The translations under genes and the position numbers were made by a program. The notes below the pieces were generated by a model. It was given only the letters and a program-made list of their open reading frames with translations, did no database searches and was not told the origin of the DNA. A stretch of 63,424 bases of DNA, counting the filler. It is 19 parts of 19 records of this genome, joined end to end, with 100 filler letters (N's around TTAATTAATTAA, not from the genome) between each part and the next. Parts side by side here need not be neighbours in the genome. Positions count along the whole stretch, not along the records: positions 18,773 to 23,392 come from SRR16133337_61552; positions 23,493 to 25,510 come from SRR16133337_61691; positions 25,611 to 28,612 come from SRR16133337_61695; positions 28,713 to 36,355 come from SRR16133337_61899; 15 more parts are not named here. One strand, written 5' to 3'. This document shows, piece by piece, positions 22,488-35,300 of this stretch (position 1 is the first letter of the stretch; each line of letters begins with the position of its first letter).

Positions 22488-23392
22488 AAGCTGTAATTGC
22501 ATTTTCATATAAAACATATAAAAGGGTGTCTTTTCTTACGATTTCTGTAGCTTTTTCTCCTTCAAATTCTGGAACTTTGATGCTACTGATGTACTTCTTG
22601 GCCACGATATCATAAATATCGATGACCGTAAATTTTGCGTTTTTTTCTTCCGTCATATTGGAAAGAATATGGAGTTGGTTCTTTTCATCTAAATAGCCCC
22701 CTGGGTTTACTATTACAATGCCTCTCTCTGGCAGTAAATCATCATTTCTATATTTAAACTTTGGTCTTGGAACTTTATAAATCATATCAGAGACATATTC
22801 AAAATCCAACGCTTTGTTAAAGACGAAAAACACATCATTATAAGCACTGTAATAGACCACATAGGATTTGTTTTTAACAAAAAAACCATAATATACCAAA
22901 TCGGCATATTGTTCTTTTAATTGTACTGCATCACATTTGATTTCCTCTGAGAAGCCTGTTTTTAAATTGAACTTCACAAAGTTTTTTGTTCGGTCTCTCG
23001 TATTACTAGTGCCTGCAAATAAAAATTCATCTCCAATTTTTATAGACCCTGATGAAAAAGGAACTTTTAATTTATGGTAAAACAACAAACTGTCTTTAAA
23101 GCTTACTTCCTGAATCGAATGCTTTCCTTCGTCATAGGTGATGTATGAATTTTCTTTGATCTCATAACTACTTATGTTTATGTTTTCAGTTGGTCCCCTA
23201 CCTTTTCTTCCATACACTTTTTCAACATTCCAATTCTGAGGGTCATATTGCAATAAAGTAGCATCTCTCCAACGAACAAAATAAAGTTTGTCATTTCTGT
23301 ATTTCATCCAACCCCATCCATAAGCTTCACTAGAGTTTATAAAAGAAAGAGAACCTTTAAAGATTCTTTCTTTATGAAAATCTACGGAATTG
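22471..23392 (-). CDS. Beta-propeller-like (6-bladed / BF3164-like) exported protein, 5' cut
   Basis: GRKGRGPTE motif, IDIYDI blade repeats; frame open to contig end. Confidence 0.6.
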
Positions 23393-23692
23393 NNNNNNNN
23401 NNNNNNNNNNNNNNNNNNNNNNNNNNNNNNNNNNNNTTAATTAATTAANNNNNNNNNNNNNNNNNNNNNNNNNNNNNNNNNNNNNNNNNNNNAAAAACAA
23501 AAAAATAGCTTTTCAAAATCCTATTCTTTTTTAACATGAAGTTTTGCTTTTCGAAAATTTGGGTTTCAAACCTGCAAAAATAGCGAAATGATCTCTAGAC
23601 GCAGGATATCAGAAAATAAAAGATTCAAAAACATCACTTTTGATACTTCTTATACACTCTCCTGGATGAACATAGAAATATTACAAAGATAC

Positions 23693-23974
23693 CTGGAACG
23701 TCTCGATTGACACAAACATCGCACAAAGTAACAGTTCCGAAGCAACCTTCTTGAGGACATTCGTCAGTTTCGAACAATTCTACATTTTTCAAATCAAAAA
23801 TAGCACAAGGTTTGACCAAATCCTTAAACCCCAAGGCTACTGAATACGCCCAATAAAGGTTGTATATTGGAATTGCTTTTGCCCAGACAGTATCACGGAC
23901 ATTCTTGATGAAGGGGTGATTTATTCCTCTATTGAGAGTGTCGAGAAGATAAGTAGTTACATCAGGACCACATT
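23693..23974 (-). CDS. Eukaryotic exon (phase 1-1, 282 nt) encoding a Cys-rich, polymorphic-toxin (Ntox44)-like segment
   Basis: Acceptor tttgtgtttgtag and donor CAG|gtatct; in frame with upstream VWA exon; FKDLVKPCAIFDLKN...RDVPG. Confidence 0.6.
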
Positions 23975-24937
23975 CTACAAACACAAAATCAAACATCACT
24001 CGGCAACGCATACCAAAACGGCAAATTTTTCAAAACTGTATAATACAAATATAAACTAAAAATAGTGTAGATGAATGTCGTTAATCTGCTATCCATTTTT
24101 GAAAGTCTACTTTTAGTGGAAATGTTCGTTCTTGATAAATTTTATAAAACCATTAAGACTTGTAAAGGTAATCTAGATATTGGAAAACAAGTTTCAAAAA
24201 TTGTAGGGGAAAAAAGGCGCAAGGGGACGTTCGAAATTTCTTTTTTCAGTTATAAGTCAAAAGCATTATACTTTCCTCAGTCGTTACCCCAAAAATTTTG
24301 AAAATAATTTAACTGATAAAACATTATGTATTTTAGTTGGACTGAACAACGAGCTGTTTGTGGCGTGTTTTTGAAACACGTCACAAACATTTTTGTGTTT
24401 TTGAAACACGTCACTGAACAACGAGGAATAACATTTTTCGAAAATTTTTTCAGTTATAAAACAAGCAATTATAAAATTTTTACAAACATTTGTAGAGTTC
24501 TTGTAATGTGTATCAACTTTTACAACCACACCTGTCGCAAACACTGGCGATATTTCGCATGTCCATCTAAAACAGTTTTTTTTTCTTCCAATTTTAGAAA
24601 AGTAATTCGCATAATCTAAGGGTCATGATCCCAAATTTGTGTGAGGTTTTTTTATTAAACAATACTCAAAAACAATGGAGAGAAGGTCTACTAATCTGAG
24701 TGTTTTTGCATGAAGTTTTTCTAAATAAGTTTTTAATTACTTTATTTACAAAACAAAAACTTTATTGTATGACGTTTGAAACCGTAATAGCTTTCATATA
24801 TGGCGATTACATACTCATTGTATAACCCATATGCAAAATTGTAACCTACATTTTAGTCTTGGATTGAGCCCCATATACAAACGAGTGAAAAAATGAGTCT
24901 GTATTCGCATATGAAAGCTCTTGTGTACCATACATAC

Positions 24938-25111
24938 GCTCACAAACAATCACGTCGTCCAGGAGGGTTTCCAAGTCGTCGAAACCTGTGATTGGAAACG
25001 AACCATTCTTTCCAATACATTCTAATTCATCAATATCAATCCCGCCACCAATTCCAATTGAAACCATTGTGATGTTGTTCGCAGAAGCACTTGATGATGC
25101 CTCACATGGAT
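24938..25111 (-). CDS. Eukaryotic exon (phase 1-1, 174 nt) encoding the C-terminal part of a VWA domain
   Basis: Acceptor ttttgtttcattag, donor gtatgt; ANNITMVSIGIGGGIDIDELECIG..FPITGFDDLETLLDDVI. Confidence 0.72.
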
Positions 25112-28100
25112 CTAATGAAACAAAAAAGTGTCTCCTTCACAGTGCAGTGTTGGCCTCTAAAGAACACCACGCATTAGTTGCTGTAATGCTCTCACCAGTT
25201 CAAGTGCCAGACAGGTTTCATTGTTTCATATGAATTTTTCTTTTCAAAAACTTCATTCTCAGAGTTTAGGCATTAGAGGAATAAAATTAATTTGAATACT
25301 TTCGGCAGCATGACTTTGTGGTGCCGCTACAACACGCGAAGTTTTATTGAAAATGTTGTGTTTTATTTATGAATGAAAGATTTTAGAGTGTAACCACTGT
25401 CTTTTGTAAAGTCAATATGATACACAGAAACACAACACACATTTGTGCATATTGAAATAGGATCTATCATTATTTTTTTAAAGTTTCAATTGGTTAAAAA
25501 ACATGAAAAANNNNNNNNNNNNNNNNNNNNNNNNNNNNNNNNNNNNNNNNNNNNTTAATTAATTAANNNNNNNNNNNNNNNNNNNNNNNNNNNNNNNNNN
25601 NNNNNNNNNNAGGACCAGCTTCAGGGAAGAAGCTTCACGCCTATTTGATGTTCTAGAAGGCGCTAAAACAAGCCAAAATAGACACCAATTACTGCTAACA
25701 AAAAGTTCCTTCAGGAATCAAACTAAAACAGGAATTCTTAAATTCAAGCTCTCAAATAATAACCCACTATAAAGATAGTCTCGTTTTAGAACAAATTTCG
25801 AAAATGTAACACGAATTAGATTATATACATGTTTATTTAAAAATCAAAAACACCAAATTGAAACAAATTAAAATCATAAAAACCAAACATCCACACGCAA
25901 ATAAATCACGTAAAATGTCACAAAAATCAACATATTAACTCGTATGTTTTCCGTCAGATTTCGCGTCTTTTCCGCCTGTTTTCACACCTGTTACAGGCCT
26001 TTTGACTACCTTCTTTTTGTGCTGAGTATAGAGATAATTTGAGGCGAGTTGTAATTTCGTTATATCTCTGTGCATAAGCTCAAGCTTAGACTGAAGAAGA
26101 TTGATCGATGTAGTAATATTTGAGTCAAGCCTTGAAAAAGAATTTGAAAGATATAGCTCAAGTTCAGGAGAGAGTGCTTGAGGGTGTGAAAGCGAACGAT
26201 TGTTGAATTGAAGCATGTCACTACAACGCAACAGAAATAAAAGAATACATGAGTTGGATTGTGGTAGAATGGTAATACTAAAAACTTATTCTTTAAACTT
26301 TGTTAAAAAGTCCCAATTGGGAGCTCTTGGGAGTAGAGGGTAGTGAGAGCATACAAAAGTTACTTACAGAGTGTTTTTTGCTTTACTTTTTATTTTTGAC
26401 CTTCTTTGTTCTACTTGTTGCGGCTCTTGTTTGTTTAATTTTCTTTTCAGTTAGTCTGTCAAACTTTTACTTTTGTACAAGTGTCACTTTTTATTTGGAA
26501 AGTTTTTGTTTTGAAAGGTGCAAAGTGTCTCTTTGTTAGCTTGTACTTTTAACCCAAGAAAGTTTCAAATGCTGCTCACTCCTCCGTACATTTCCACTGA
26601 TGGAACTTATTGTTCTTTTTTAACAACCACCCACCCACACAATTCTATTTGACCCAAAAATTATGATGTTTTGTTTTTCATGTACCTTCTACTTCTTTTA
26701 TTAGACGCTTGTGTAACGGGACGTTTATAATAACGGTCTGGTTTGTTGGGTGTCAATATAACTCCCGGAACAGATGAATCGGAAATACAACTTTTGATTG
26801 CTGGAGATGTTAAAAAACGAGCATCACCTGCATGAACTTTGGCAAAATACCCAGTTTTGTGCATACCATTTACATCAACTGACAAATCAACAATACGATG
26901 AGCGTACCTGTACGCGGATGAAATAAGAGAATGAAGCACACGACAGCCAAGAGGTTTTCTGCCAACAGACAAAAAGACCTCTTTAGTCGGAAAAATTAGT
27001 GCGACATCCTTGCCGCCTAGAATAATTAAAACCACAACAGTGGATTAGAGCAAGTCAAAGTGCAGCAATTAATTTAACGCTCTTTAAAAGTTGTGTTCAA
27101 GGAGTAATACAGTAAAAGCGATTTGTATGTAGATATAGAGCAAAAACAAATTCACTTCCACATTCTCAGACAAAAGTTTTGTACTTAAAACAAATTCAAG
27201 TAGCAATTAACCTCAGAGAGCCCGGAAAAGCAGTAGGATTAACAGATGGTGCATGTATTAACCTGCAAAAATAAATGGGACTCCCACCAAAATACACATC
27301 ACTTGTGCTCTGGTTTAAAGTATTAATCAACTACTGTATACTCTGTCCCTCCCTCGAGCAAAAGTAAGCAGCAAGGAAGAGCAATTGTAACATTATATCA
27401 AAAACATGACTATATCAAACTCCTCATAAAAGGAGCCAGTGCTATACAGGATCACTAGTTTGCAGCAAACTCAACCACCCCTCCTCGTGAATTGAAACTT
27501 TGGACTCACCTCAAAGCTTCACACCAACCCTAAACCCTTGTCTCTTTTTCGCCCTACCTCTGAAAACTTACTGCTGTGGTTACTCCTACCTCTCCCGTGT
27601 AGGAAAACTCTCTCAGTAAACCCTACATGCTAGTTCACACCTCTAAACTCCCCTGTTCAAAGTCGTCTGATTTTTCAACAATTTTAACTTGAACTTACTA
27701 AGAATTTTATTCTGAGTTTCGCAAAATGTAGTGTACTAACCAGTTGACTTAAAGCCAGGCTACCTGCACTCCCCTCACCACTTGGCAAAAACCACCTAGC
27801 AAAACCAGGCAACTCCTCAACCACCATAAACCTTGAACCTACAAAAACACACTCTCCTCACTTTACAGCACACTACAAAATTCAGGAGAAATTCTGAGAA
27901 AAGTATAACATACGAAGCTCGTTGCCCATCTCCTTTAGTTCCTCTTCACCAGGAACAAGATCCCCAAATTTAGACGGGTGTGAAGCAGGCCACCCATCAT
28001 CAGGTAGATCAGAGCTTGTGTCCATGCGACTCCCTCGCTGAAATTGCTGTGTGGAAGACGTTGACTGATTCGTCAACAGTTCTGCCTTACTGGAGTTAAG

Positions 28101-28783
28101 AGACATGTGTAGTGTTTAAATTAGCCCAAAGATAAGAGAATACGATTAGATGAATGTAAAAGAGAAGTTCTGAAAGTTTTTTTTTGAAAAATGATAATGA
28201 GTATCAATTTTATTAATAGGTTTAGGTATTTTGTACTTAACTTTTACCGACCATTATTTTGAAACTTTTTGCGTGCACGTGAAAGATTGTTTTTAAAATG
28301 TCTTTTTTTCAAGGTGAAGAAACTTCAACGAAAGATTGTCACTCTTCCTCGAGCACTTTTGCGGATGAAAACCACCACAACTCCACCACCAACGAATCGA
28401 TAGCTGGCAACATTCTTTTCACTTCTCAAATGTCCACGACTCAAACCCATGGCACCAGTGACACGTCGCCACCCAAGCCACCTTCATACCAATTGGACGC
28501 GTATTCGACGGCCATTGAAACACCGAAATTCATGGCTCCGTCTGACTCGTCACTTGGTGAAGTGGACGAAGAAATAAGTGCTGAGAGTGGCGCGGCAACC
28601 GGTCAATACTGGNNNNNNNNNNNNNNNNNNNNNNNNNNNNNNNNNNNNNNNNNNNNTTAATTAATTAANNNNNNNNNNNNNNNNNNNNNNNNNNNNNNNN
28701 NNNNNNNNNNNNAGACTGCATGACATCCAGACTGCATGACAACAAAAAGCTATAAGCTAGTACATAAATCGTAAATTTAAGAT

Positions 28784-29365
28784 ATGATAACACATTTAAG
28801 AGGAAGATTAGTAGAAAAAAATCCGACATATGTAGTTATTGATTGTAATGGTGTAGGCTATTTATTACATATTTCATTGAACACATTTGGGCGGTTACCA
28901 ACAGAAGAATTGATTACTATTTATACCCATTTTTCTATAAAAGAAGACGCACATACCTTATATGGGTTTGTATCTAAAATTGAGAGAGAAATTTTCCGTT
29001 TGTTGATTTCCGTTTCAGGTGTAGGTCCCAGTATTGCAAGAACCATGTTGTCGTCGATGACCTCTGAAGAAATTCAACAAGCCATTGCTTTGGAAAATGT
29101 AGCTTTGATACAATCCGTAAAAGGAATAGGAGCTAAAACAGCACAGCGTTTGATTTTGGATTTAAAAGATAAAATCCTAAAAACATACGATTTTGATAAA
29201 ATTACGACATCAACACACAATACAAACAAAGAAGAAGCGTTATCAGCTTTGGAAGTATTGGGTTTTGCTAGAAAAATTTCAGAAAAAGTACTAGATCATA
29301 TCTTAAAGCAAGAGGCATCTCTTTCCGTGGAAGAATTGATTAAAAAAGCATTAAAAAGTTTTTAA
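28784..29365 (+). CDS. ruvA: Holliday junction branch migration protein RuvA
   Basis: MITHLRGRLVEK, LYGF, LISVSGVGP, VKGIGAKTAQR, EALSALEVLGF. Confidence 0.98.
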   Translation: MITHLRGRLVEKNPTYVVIDCNGVGYLLHISLNTFGRLPTEELITIYTHFSIKEDAHTLYGFVSKIEREIFRLLISVSGVGPSIARTMLSSMTSEEIQQAIALENVALIQSVKGIGAKTAQRLILDLKDKILKTYDFDKITTSTHNTNKEEALSALEVLGFARKISEKVLDHILKQEASLSVEELIKKALKSF

Positions 29366-29371
29366 CGAGCC

Positions 29372-32300
29372 TTGAAAAATTTGACACAAAAATATAAAGT
29401 AGTATTTCTGTTACTATGTGGCGTATTTTTACACAGCACACTAATAGCCCAGATTACTCCCGAGATAAAGTCAGATTCCATAAAAGTAAAAGACTCTATT
29501 GCACCTTTGCACTACAAATTTAACAACAACCAAAACGGAAGTCTATTTTTAAACCTCCCCTCTGCCAAAGAAGTTGTTTACGACAAACACATTAAGCGTT
29601 ATATTATCGTCGAAAAAATCGGAAATACGATTGTCAAAACTCCTTTGTTTATGTCAACCACAGAATACAAAGAATACCGATTAAAAAAAGAAATTCAAGA
29701 GTATTATAAGGAAAAAATAAGTGCCCTTAACTCTGATAAAGAAGGAAGTAAAGAAGCACAAAAAGATTTATTACCCACCTATTATGTAAATTCGAGTTTA
29801 TTTAAAACAATTTTTGGGGGGAATACCATAGAGATGAATACACAAGGATCGATTGATGTAAAATTAGGTGTTCTCTATCAAAAAATAGAAGACCCACAAC
29901 TTTCTGAAGAAAATAGATCTAGTTTTACATTTGACTTTGACCAACAAGTAACTGCCAGTATTGCCGCTAAAGTAGGAGAACGTTTAAAAATTGGGACCAA
30001 TTATGACACCCAGTCAACCTTCGATTTTCAAAACATGGTAAAGTTAGAATTTATACCCTCCCTTTCTTCAGAAGCCTCAGAATTGACTTCAAAGGCATCA
30101 GAATTGACTTCAAAAGCCTCAAAATTAACTTCAAAAGCTTCAGAGATAACAGCTCTTTCAAAGGGATATGATTCTAAAAATGAAGATGATATTATAAAAA
30201 AAATAGAGTTAGGAAATACAAATATGACGGTGAGCAATAACCTTATTACAGGGGCTCAAAGTTTGTTTGGATTGAAAACAATACTACAATTTGGAAAAAC
30301 AACAATAACTTCCGTTTTTTCTCAACAAAAATCAGAAACTAAAACAGTAACTGCGGAAGGGGGATCTACCTTAAATGAGTTTGAATTGCGAACCACCCAG
30401 TATGATAGCAATCGCCATTTCTTTATGGCTCATTTTTTTAGAAACAATTACACGGCCGCTTTGGAAAGATTACCCCTGATAAACAGTTCTGTGAATATTA
30501 CCAATATTGAAATTTGGGTAACCAATAGAAGTGCCAATACAACAGATGTTCGAAATATTGTAGCCTTAACAGATTTAGGGGAATCTGGAACGGATATTTA
30601 TGATGGGGGAATCTCCAATATTTCAAATGCTTTTGTTTTAGAAACAGGGGAAGGTGAGTTTCAAAATTTAAAGAATCCAAACAACGTTTCCAATACGCTA
30701 AAATCGGTATTTGAAGAAAATAGTGGTATTCGTAGTATAGGAACCGTAAGTACTGCATTGCCAGGAATGGAGCAAGGAACAGACTATACGATTTTAGAAA
30801 ATGCCAAGAAATTAAGTTCTAATGAATATACCTACCATCCACAATTAGGAGTTTTGTCATTAAAACAGAAATTGACAGATGGAGATGTTTTGGCCGTTGC
30901 TTTTCAATATACCATTAACGGTAGTGAACAGGTTTATAAAGTTGGAGAATTGTCTACAGACGGAATTTTGTCTGATGAAAATATTGTATTGAAATTATTG
31001 AGGAGTGAAATCAAACAGCCTGAAAAACGTATCTGGGATTTGATGATGAAAAATGTTTACTCCTTAGGAGCTTATCAAATGCAATCGGAAGGTTTTCGAC
31101 TGGATTTGCTGTACAAAGACGATCAGACAGGAGTTGCTATAAACACACTTCAAAATGCAAAAACACCTGATATAACAAACAAAACTATTTCAAATTTGAT
31201 GCGTTTAGATGTTTTGGATCAGAATCATTTTTTAAAACCCGAAGGAGATGGCTATTTTGATTATATAGAAGGCATTACTGTAAAATCAGAAGATGGAGCT
31301 ATTTTTTTTCCGAGTGTAGAGCCTTTTGGTAGAGATTTACAAGCAAGATTAGTAAATTCAGAAGATGCTAATTTTATATTCAAGGAATTGTATACAATCA
31401 CACAAACCGAAGCAAAAAACAGTTATCAAAATAAGGACAGATACCTGTTAAAAGGCTATTACAAATCAGATGCCAGTAACGGAATTTCTTTAGGAGCTTT
31501 TAATGTACCTCAAGGATCTGTAAAAGTAACTTCTAATGGAATTTTATTAACAGAAGGTGTCGATTATGTGGTAGATTATTTGAACGGAAGTGTCCAAATT
31601 ATCAATCCAAGTATAGAAGCATCTGGAGCCCCTATTGAGGTTTCTCTAGAAAATAACACCTTATTTAACCAACAAACAAAGCGTTATATAGGGATTGATA
31701 TAGAACACAAATTTTCTGATAAATTTCAAATGACGGGAACCTATTTGAATGTCAATGAAAGACCTTTGACTCAAAAAGTAGCTTTCGGTCAAGACCCGAT
31801 TAGCAATACCATGTTAGGGTTAAGTATGAATTACAATTCAGAAATTCCCTTTTTAACAAAATGGGTCAATAAGTTACCTTTTCAAGATACCGATGTGCCT
31901 TCTCAAATTTCTGTAAGAGGAGATTTTGCTTATTTAAAACCAGGAACTCCAAATGAAATAGATTTAAAAGGAGAAGCAACTACCTATATAGATGATTTTG
32001 AAGGATCACAAATTCCAATTAGTATCATGGATGCCAATGCTTGGAAACTGTCGAGCAAACCTTTGAATTTTGGCAGAGAAGGCTTGAATTATGATTTGGG
32101 AGATGACAATGCAAATACGTTAGATAACGGAAAACAACGTGCCAAATTGGCTTGGTACAGTATCGATCAATTATTTTATGGAAGCTCTTCTTTAAAACCT
32201 GGTAATATTGACAATACAGAAACTTCAAGAGCCGAGGTGCGTAGAGTTGAATACGAGGAATTATTTCCGGAAACAGATTTAGACGTTACGCAAACCACAA

Positions 32301-35300
32301 CGTTAAGTACCTTCGATTTGGCTTATTTTCCAAAAGAAAGAGGAAGCTACAATTACGATACGAATGCAGATGTTGAGGGGTTTTTAAATACTCCTGAAGA
32401 CCGTTGGGCAGGAATTACCCGTGCATTGACAACAACTGATTTTGAAGCTTCCAATGTAGAATACATCCAGTTTTGGATGCAAAACCCTTATGAAAACTAT
32501 TCTATAACAGAAGCTGAAGGAGGACCTGCAAATGGAATTCCTATAGAAGAAGGGGAACTCTTTTTTAATTTAGGAAATATTTCAGAAGATGTTTTAAAAG
32601 ATGGTCGTAAAATGTACGAAAATGGATTGCCTGAAAGTGGAGCAGAGGATACTACAGATCCTTCAGTGTGGGGAAAAATACCAACCAATACCTCTTATTT
32701 ATACACCTTTAATGAAATAGATGCAGATCGATTGGTGCAAGATGTTGGATTGGACGGGGTAGGAGATGAAGATGAAAAAATTCAATTTCCAGACTTGGCA
32801 AACCTTGAGGATCCCTCATCAGACAACTATCAATTTTTTAGAGGAAGTCAATACGATCAACTACAGGCCTCTATTCTAACACGATACAAACAATTTAACA
32901 ATACAGAAGGAAACTCACCCACAGCAGGTTTGAGTCAAGAATCCTATCCTACTTCGGCAACTACAGTTCCAGATACTGAAGATGTGAATAAAGACCAAAC
33001 CATGAACACCATTGATGCCTATTATCAATATCGTGTTTCTTTAAATTCTTCCGATTTTGTTGTTGGGAAAAATAACATTGTTGATGCCAAAAAAGTAACG
33101 ATAACTACAGATTTGGGGACTACACAAGAAGTTACCTGGTATCAATTTAGAATTCCGATTAATTCTGGAGCTCCCATTGGATCTATTACGGATTTTAACT
33201 CCATTCGATTTATGCGAATGTTTCTAACAAAAGTCAAAACACCTATCGTATTGCGTTTTGGACAACTGGAATTGGTACGTGGCGATTGGAGACGTTATGA
33301 TAAAAATATGCATGGTGGGTTGCAAGTTGCAGAAGATGATTTAGACGAAACGGAATTGGGAAACTTTACAACAGGTGTTGTTAACTTTGAAGAAAACGAA
33401 TCAAGATCTCCCATACCTTATGTGTTACCTCCAGGAATTGAAAGAGAGCAATTGCAAGGAAGTTCTTCCGTACAATTTCAAAACGAACAGTCGCTCTCAC
33501 TAACTATAAAAGACTTGGAAGCTGGAGAAGCAAGAGCGGTTTATAAAAATACGATTTTAGATTTGACCATGTACAAACGTTTAAAAATGTTTGTACATGC
33601 AGAAGGTGTTTCCAATATAGGTTTAGAAGATGACAAGTTGATGGCAATCTTTAGAATTGGATCTGATTTAACGGATAACTTTTATCAAGTAGAAATTCCT
33701 TTAAAAGCAACGTCGTTTGGAACTTCTTCTTCAGAAGGTATTTGGCCAGAGGAAAATAATTTAGAAGTTGATTTAGAAAGTCTAGGAAAATTAAAAGTCC
33801 AGCGTTATTCTGAATCTGGAACAAACGGAGCGAATGTTTTATATCCTTTGCCTGTAGAGAATGAAGAACCTTTATATCGAATTCGAGTAAAAGGAAATCC
33901 AAGCCTTTCGGATATCAAAACAATTGTAATGGGGGTAAAAAATATTTCGAAAATCAATCAAAGTGCAGAAATTTGGTTCAACGAATTGCGTGTTGCAGGT
34001 TTTGATAATCAAGGAGGTTGGGCAACGGTATTGAGTGCCCATGCAAATTTTGCGGATTTAGCAGATGTTGCTGTAACAGGAAGTTTACAAACCATAGGAT
34101 TTGGAAGTGTAGAACAAAGAGTTAACGAAAGAAATCAAGAAGAAATCAAACAATATGGAATTTCTACCAATATCAATGTAGGACAGTTAATGCCTAAGCA
34201 ATGGGGAGTAAAAATGCCAATGAGTTTCTCGATATCAGAAGAATTTAAAAATCCAAAATACGACCCTCAATTTCAAGATGTCCTGTTTGAAGACGCAGAG
34301 GACATCAATGAAAATAGTAAAAACGCTACCGATTATACCAAACGAAAAAGCATCAGTTTTATCAATGTGAGAAAAGAAAGAACAGGTGAACTCAAAAGAA
34401 TGCCAATGCCTTATGATATAGAAAACTTTTCTGTATCCTATAGTTATAATGAAGAATTCCATAAAGATTACAATATTCAAAAAGACCTGATACAAGATGT
34501 CCGAACCTCTGCAAACTATACTTTTAGGATCCCCTCAAAATATATAGAACCGTTTAAAAAGACGCGCTGGTTTAAAAATAGCAAATATTTTAAATTGATC
34601 AAAGAATTTAATTTTAGTTTATTACCCTCTACATTTGGTGTCAATACAAATATTACCAGAGATTACAGCGAACAATTGTCTAGAAATTTGGTGCCAGGAT
34701 TGCCAGAATTACCAACTTTAAAACAACGTAATTTTTTGTTTGATTGGGATTATAATATTGGTTACAATCTTACAAAGGCATTAAAATTAAACTTTAGAGC
34801 AGCCAATAGACATATTTACGACTCTTTTGAATTAGACGAAGAGGTAGACGCTGATGAAATTACCTTATTTAGCAATTTCTTTAAGATAGGAAGAGCTGAT
34901 AACTACAACCAAAAGTTGGAGGCCACCTATAAAATTCCAATTCACAAATTTCCCTATTTTAGTTTTGCCACTGCAAATTACACTTATTCGACAGATTTTG
35001 AATGGCAAGCAGGTTCTCAATCCTATCCAGAAGTAGGGAATTATATCGAAAATGCAAATACCCATAATCTGTCTACGAATTTTAATATCGACAAACTGTA
35101 TAAAGAAATACGATTGGAAAAATTGTTTACCGTTAAAAAGAAGAAAACTAAAAAAAAGGTTAAAGAAGATCCCAAACCAAGATTTGCGACCCCTATGCCA
35201 AAAAAAAATATTGGAAAATCTAAAAAGAAAAATACTACCAAAGAAAAAATCTTAAATGCAACCTATGATCTCCTTACGTCTGTTAAAACCATTCAAATGA

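Noticed and set aside
24341-24426. Duplicated GTGTTTTTGAAACACGTCAC and ACTGAACAACGAG motifs
   Set aside because: Only two copies each, inside a predicted intron; no array or spacer structure.
28298-28612. Ser/Thr-rich ORF at contig end
   Set aside because: Could be a eukaryotic exon but is low-complexity and truncated, so no product can be supported.
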